From: Chloroflexia bacterium
GTDB taxonomy: Bacteria; Chloroflexota; Chloroflexia; QHBQ01; JADMIH01
DNA: 35,447 nt
Assembly: GCA_035710025.1 (NCBI GenBank)
Contig: DASTEB010000441.1
Span: forward strand, 1-35,447
Direction: 5' to 3'
Part shown: in pieces, positions 32,109 through 35,447 of the stretch
Position numbering within the stretch: the stretch's first letter is position 1
Layout: the number at the start of each line of letters is the position of its first letter
Translations under genes and position numbers: made by a program
The notes under the pieces: generated by a model
The model's input: the letters and a program-made list of their open reading frames with translations, nothing else
What the model was told of the DNA's origin: nothing
Databases searched by the model: none

Positions 32109-32894
32109 GTGGACTACGAGACCATACTGTACAACCTTGACGAAGGGGTGCTCGATATCCGGCTGAACCGCCCGGACGTGCTCAACGCCTTCAATCGGAA
32201 AATGACCACCGAGATTCAGGACGCGCTCAAGAAAGCCGAGCGCGACTCTTCCGTCCGATGCATCGTCTTCTCGGGCGCGGGCCGGGCTTTCTCCTCTGGC
32301 GAAGACCTGAAGGCGCGCCAGGCCGAGGGAGGGGGAGGCGGCTTCGGTTCGACCCTGCGCGAGCGCTACAACCCGATCATCCTGAAGATTCGTAACATCG
32401 ACAAGCCGGTGCTCGCCTCTGTGAACGGCGTCGCTGCGGGCGCCGGGTGCTCGCTCGCGCTGGCGTGCGACATGCGCGTAGCGGCCGACAACGCGCGCTT
32501 CATCGAGGTGTTCGTACGAGTGGGGCTGGTACCTGACTCAGGGTCGTCGTTCTTCCTTCCGCGCCTCGTTGGGCTAGGCAAGGCACTGGAGATGGCGTTT
32601 CTGGGGGATGAGGTGGGCGCGGAAGATGCTCTACGTATTGGGCTGGTGAATCGGGTCGTGCCCGCAGCCGAGCTCGAGGAGCGCACGCGAGAGCTTGCGC
32701 TACGGCTCGCCAAGGGACCGACCAAAGCGATCGGCCTGGCAAAGCGGGCGATCAACCGCGCACTCGCGATGGACCTCGACCAGCTTCTCGACTACGAGGT
32801 GTACGCCCAGGAGATAGCGGGAGCGTCCGAGGATCACCAGGAGGGCCTCAGGGCGTTCGCCGAGAAACGCCAGCCCGACTTCCAGGGGCGCTAG
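32109..32894 (+). CDS. paaG: enoyl-CoA hydratase/isomerase, PaaG-like
   Basis: GTG start. LNRPDVLNAFN, FSGAGRAFSSGEDLK, NGVAAGAGCSLALACD, FVRVGLVPDSGSSFFLPRLVG (PaaG-like D/G-rich loop). The symbol is tentative. Confidence 0.75.
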   Translation: MDYETILYNLDEGVLDIRLNRPDVLNAFNRKMTTEIQDALKKAERDSSVRCIVFSGAGRAFSSGEDLKARQAEGGGGGFGSTLRERYNPIILKIRNIDKPVLASVNGVAAGAGCSLALACDMRVAADNARFIEVFVRVGLVPDSGSSFFLPRLVGLGKALEMAFLGDEVGAEDALRIGLVNRVVPAAELEERTRELALRLAKGPTKAIGLAKRAINRALAMDLDQLLDYEVYAQEIAGASEDHQEGLRAFAEKRQPDFQGR

Positions 32895-32931
32895 GCCGGA
32901 TCGCTCCACAAATTCACACCTGGAGGCCAAC

Positions 32932-34230
32932 ATGGTTCAGCGAGTAGCCGTGCTCGGTGCGGGCACGATGGGCGCGGGCATTGCCCAGGTTGCAGCCCAG
33001 GCAGGCATGGACGTTCTTATGTACGACGTCAAGCCCGAGCTTGTGGAGCGGGGCCTGCAAGGCATCAGGCAAGCGCTGGACGGGCGAGTGCAGCGCGGCA
33101 AGATGGAACCAGCCGAGATGGAGGCCATCGTCGGTCGCATTAAGACCGGGACCGAGCGCGACCGCCTTGCCGACGCAGACCTGGTGATCGAGGCGGCTCC
33201 GGAGGACCTCACCGTCAAGCGCGAGATCTTCTCCGCATTGAGCGAAATGATGCGCCCCGAAGCGGTGCTCGCCACTAACACGTCGTCCCTCTCGGTCACT
33301 TCGATCGCTTCGGCCGCGAAGAACCCTGAGCGTGTAGTGGGCATGCACTTCTTCAACCCCGCGCCCGTCATGGCTCTGGTTGAGATCGTCGCCGCCGCAC
33401 AGACCTCGGCCGACGTAGTCGAGGAGGTCCGTGAGGTTGCGCTGGCAATGGGCAAGACCCCGGTACGCGCCGCCGACACTCCCGGCTTCATCGTGAACCG
33501 CGTGGCCCGCCCCTTCTACGGCGAAGCGCTGCAGATCGTCGGCGAGGGCACGGCGACCGTTCCCCAGGTTGACGAGGCAATGCGCGCCGCGGGCTTCCGC
33601 ATGGGACCATTCGCGTTGATGGACCTCATCGGCATCGACATCAACTTCGCCGTCACGCGCTCGGTTTACGATGCCTTCTTCGGCGAGCCGCGCTACCGCC
33701 CGCACCTCATCCAGAACCGCATGGTCGACGCGGGCACGCTCGGCCGCAAGACCGGACGCGGGTTCTACAGGTACGAGGACGGCGAACGGCGCGAAGTCGC
33801 GTTCGCACAGATGATAAACCTTCCTGAGCGCCGCAGCGTTACGTTCGTTCCCGAGCACATCACCAACGCGTTCATCGCCAACGCGGGCGTCGAGGCGACC
33901 GGCACCGACCCGGCAACCAGGGAGATTATCGTCCGCATCCTCACCATGATCATGAACGAGGCAGCGTGGGCCGTGGGCGACGGCGTGGCCTCGGTGCGCG
34001 ACGTTGACATCGCCATGAAGCTGGGCACCAACTACCCCAAAGGCCCGCTCAAGTGGGCCGACGAGATCGGCCTAGAGATGGTGCACTCGGTCCTCAAGAG
34101 CCTCATGGCCTCGCTCGGCGACCAGCGATACCGACCCGCACCCCTGCTCTGGCAGCTTGTGCGCTCGGGCGCCACGGGCGATGCCGTGGGCGAGGGTTTC
34201 CACTCGCCCGGCGAGAAGGGCATGGTCTAG
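32932..34230 (+). CDS. paaH: 3-hydroxyacyl-CoA dehydrogenase with duplicated C-terminal domain (PaaH-like)
   Basis: GGAGG SD. VAVLGAGTMGAGIAQVAA, TNTSSLSVT, GMHFFNPAPVM.LVEIV, PGFIVNRV, and a second 3HCDH_C-like repeat (MNEAAWAVGDGVASVRDVDIAMKLGTNYPKGPLKWADEIGL). Confidence 0.85.
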   Translation: MVQRVAVLGAGTMGAGIAQVAAQAGMDVLMYDVKPELVERGLQGIRQALDGRVQRGKMEPAEMEAIVGRIKTGTERDRLADADLVIEAAPEDLTVKREIFSALSEMMRPEAVLATNTSSLSVTSIASAAKNPERVVGMHFFNPAPVMALVEIVAAAQTSADVVEEVREVALAMGKTPVRAADTPGFIVNRVARPFYGEALQIVGEGTATVPQVDEAMRAAGFRMGPFALMDLIGIDINFAVTRSVYDAFFGEPRYRPHLIQNRMVDAGTLGRKTGRGFYRYEDGERREVAFAQMINLPERRSVTFVPEHITNAFIANAGVEATGTDPATREIIVRILTMIMNEAAWAVGDGVASVRDVDIAMKLGTNYPKGPLKWADEIGLEMVHSVLKSLMASLGDQRYRPAPLLWQLVRSGATGDAVGEGFHSPGEKGMV

Positions 34231-34255
34231 CCGCGGGTCTCGAGCGTGCGTGCTG

Positions 34256-34264
34256 TGTTATAAT
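34256..34264 (+). promoter_or_regulatory. extended -10 element TGTTATAAT in the paaH-thiolase gap (possible internal promoter)
   Basis: TGtTATAAT at 34256..34264, 67 nt before the thiolase TTG start. No convincing -35. Confidence 0.4.
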
Positions 34265-34330
34265 TCGAGGAATTGCCCGTTTTCCGGGCGCACCAAACGC
34301 GACCACATTCCCTGAATTGGAGGCACTGGC

Positions 34331-35447
34331 TTGCCTGCAGAAATTACCGGCCGAAACGCCCTGATCGTCGACGCCGTGCGCACGCCCGTCGGACGGTACG
34401 GCGGCGCGTTGAAAGACGTTCGCCCGGACGACCTCGCGGCACACGTGATCCGCGCGCTGGTTGAGCGCACGGGCATAGATCCCCGCCGCATCGAGGACGT
34501 GATACTCGGCTGCGCGAACCAGGCGGGCGAGGACAACCGCAACGTGGCGCGGATGGCCGCGCTGCTCGCCGGGCTGCCTGTCGAAGTGGCAGGCGCCACT
34601 GTCAACCGGCTGTGCGGTTCGGGCCTGCAGGCCGTGAACGACGCTGCTCGAGCGGTCAAGGCAGGCGAAGGCGACGTGTTCGTGGCGGGCGGAGTGGAGT
34701 CGATGACCCGCGCGCCGTTCGTAATGGCGAAGCCCGCCGAGGGCTGGCCCCGCGGCGACCTCAAGATGTACGACACGACCATCGGCTGGCGCTTCACCAA
34801 CCCGAAGCTGGCCGAGATGTACTACCCCTACAGCATGGGCGAGACCGCCGAAAACGTGGCCGAGGGCTGGAAAATCTCTCGTGAAGACCAGGATGCCTTC
34901 GCCCTCGAAAGCCAGCGCCGCGCCGCCGCCGCCATCGCCGAGGGCCGCTTCCGCGACGAGATTGCGCTCGTCACGGTGCCGCAGCGCAAGGGCGATCCCG
35001 CCGTCGTAGACACCGACGAGCACCCGCGCCCCGACACTACGCTCGAAAAGCTTGCGAAGCTGCCGGCCGCGTTCCGGCAGGGGGGCACGGTCACCGCGGG
35101 CAACTCGTCCGGCATCAACGACGGTGCATCCGCCGTGCTGATCGTGAGCAAGCAGGCCGCCGACGAGTTAGGCCTGCGGCCCATGGCACGCATCGTTACG
35201 TCGGCTGTCGCCGGCGTCACTCCCGACTGCATGGGTGTCGGCCCCGTTCCCGCCACGCGCAAGGCGCTCGAACGCGCGGGGCTGACGGTAGACGACATCG
35301 ACCTGGTCGAGCTAAACGAGGCATTCGCAGCGCAGTCCCTCGCCTGCATCCGCGACTTGCATCTCGACCCAGCGAAGGTGAACGTGAATGGCGGGGCCAT
35401 CGCCCTGGGCCACGCGCTGGGCAACAGCGGCTCGCGCCTCGTCACCA
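34331..35447 (+). CDS. paaJ: 3-oxoadipyl-CoA / acetyl-CoA C-acyltransferase (thiolase, PaaJ/PcaF-like); 3' end beyond window
   Basis: Not in the ORF track (no stop in the window). TTG 34331 with GGAGG 7 nt upstream. [28 protein letters not shown] (active-site Cys), [53 protein letters not shown]. Confidence 0.9.
   Translation, partial: MPAEITGRNALIVDAVRTPVGRYGGALKDVRPDDLAAHVIRALVERTGIDPRRIEDVILGCANQAGEDNRNVARMAALLAGLPVEVAGATVNRLCGSGLQAVNDAARAVKAGEGDVFVAGGVESMTRAPFVMAKPAEGWPRGDLKMYDTTIGWRFTNPKLAEMYYPYSMGETAENVAEGWKISREDQDAFALESQRRAAAAIAEGRFRDEIALVTVPQRKGDPAVVDTDEHPRPDTTLEKLAKLPAAFRQGGTVTAGNSSGINDGASAVLIVSKQAADELGLRPMARIVTSAVAGVTPDCMGVGPVPATRKALERAGLTVDDIDLVELNEAFAAQSLACIRDLHLDPAKVNVNGGAIALGHALGNSGSRLVT

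Noticed and set aside
1845-35445. Long antisense or shadow ORFs in the track (e.g. 1845..2591+, 3208..4296+, 7203..7862-, 9345..9878-, 12628..13263+, 16134..16901+, 16205..16930+, 19953..20831+, 20503..21327+, 22892..23755-, 24552..25391-, 25999..26905+, 30314..30943-, 31071..31973-, 32914..33858-, 34103..35023-, 34828..35445-)
   Set aside because: Each overlaps a gene on the opposite strand or in another frame that has clear family motifs. Their translations are Arg/Gly/Ala/His-rich with no recognisable motif. Stop-codon scarcity in GC-rich sequence explains their length.

Overview
GC-rich bacterial chromosomal segment. Gene content, Pro/Thr/Gly-rich secreted linkers and the amidoligase neighbourhood suggest a Chloroflexota-like organism, but that assignment is inference only. 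I can support about 35 protein-coding genes plus several promoters and terminators. I see no rRNA, tRNA, CRISPR array, transposase, integrase or other mobile-element hallmark.

Gene order, left to right:
- Minus-strand unit: membrane protein, proline dehydrogenase, APC permease (permease truncated at the window edge).
- A stand-alone Rad52/DdrA-family single-strand annealing protein with its own promoter carrying a LexA-box-like palindrome, preceded by a 59-aa basic sORF that is missing from the ORF track.
- GT2 glycosyltransferase.
- Plus-strand operon: M20 peptidase, PRC-barrel protein, ABC-2 exporter.
- Cys4 / TM / SH3b membrane protein.
- Long minus-strand block: alpha/beta-hydrolase, ATP-grasp, circularly permuted ATP-grasp, GCS2/YbdK ligase, malate dehydrogenase, then pntAA-pntAB-pntB, then a thioredoxin-reductase-like flavoprotein.
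- OmpR/HK two-component pair followed by a crotonase and a GNAT.
- HExxH protein plus lipoprotein.
- Secreted protein flanked by (A/V)TGT repeats.
- kynA and methylmalonyl-CoA epimerase.
- Divergent beta-oxidation / phenylacetate-lower-pathway-like cluster: EthD, MenB-like crotonase fused to a zinc ribbon, paaF/G/H/J-like genes (last one truncated at the right edge).

Most plus/minus shadow ORFs in the supplied track are GC-driven artefacts.

Assessment: most of the window is ordinary core metabolism. The best candidate for an uncharacterised system is the four-gene amidoligase operon (16990-21486). It was predicted by comparative genomics to make a small peptide, and I know of no identified product. 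The next best is the orphan Rad52/DdrA-like gene with its putative SOS-type operator. All family calls rest on motif recognition by eye; no database search was run.
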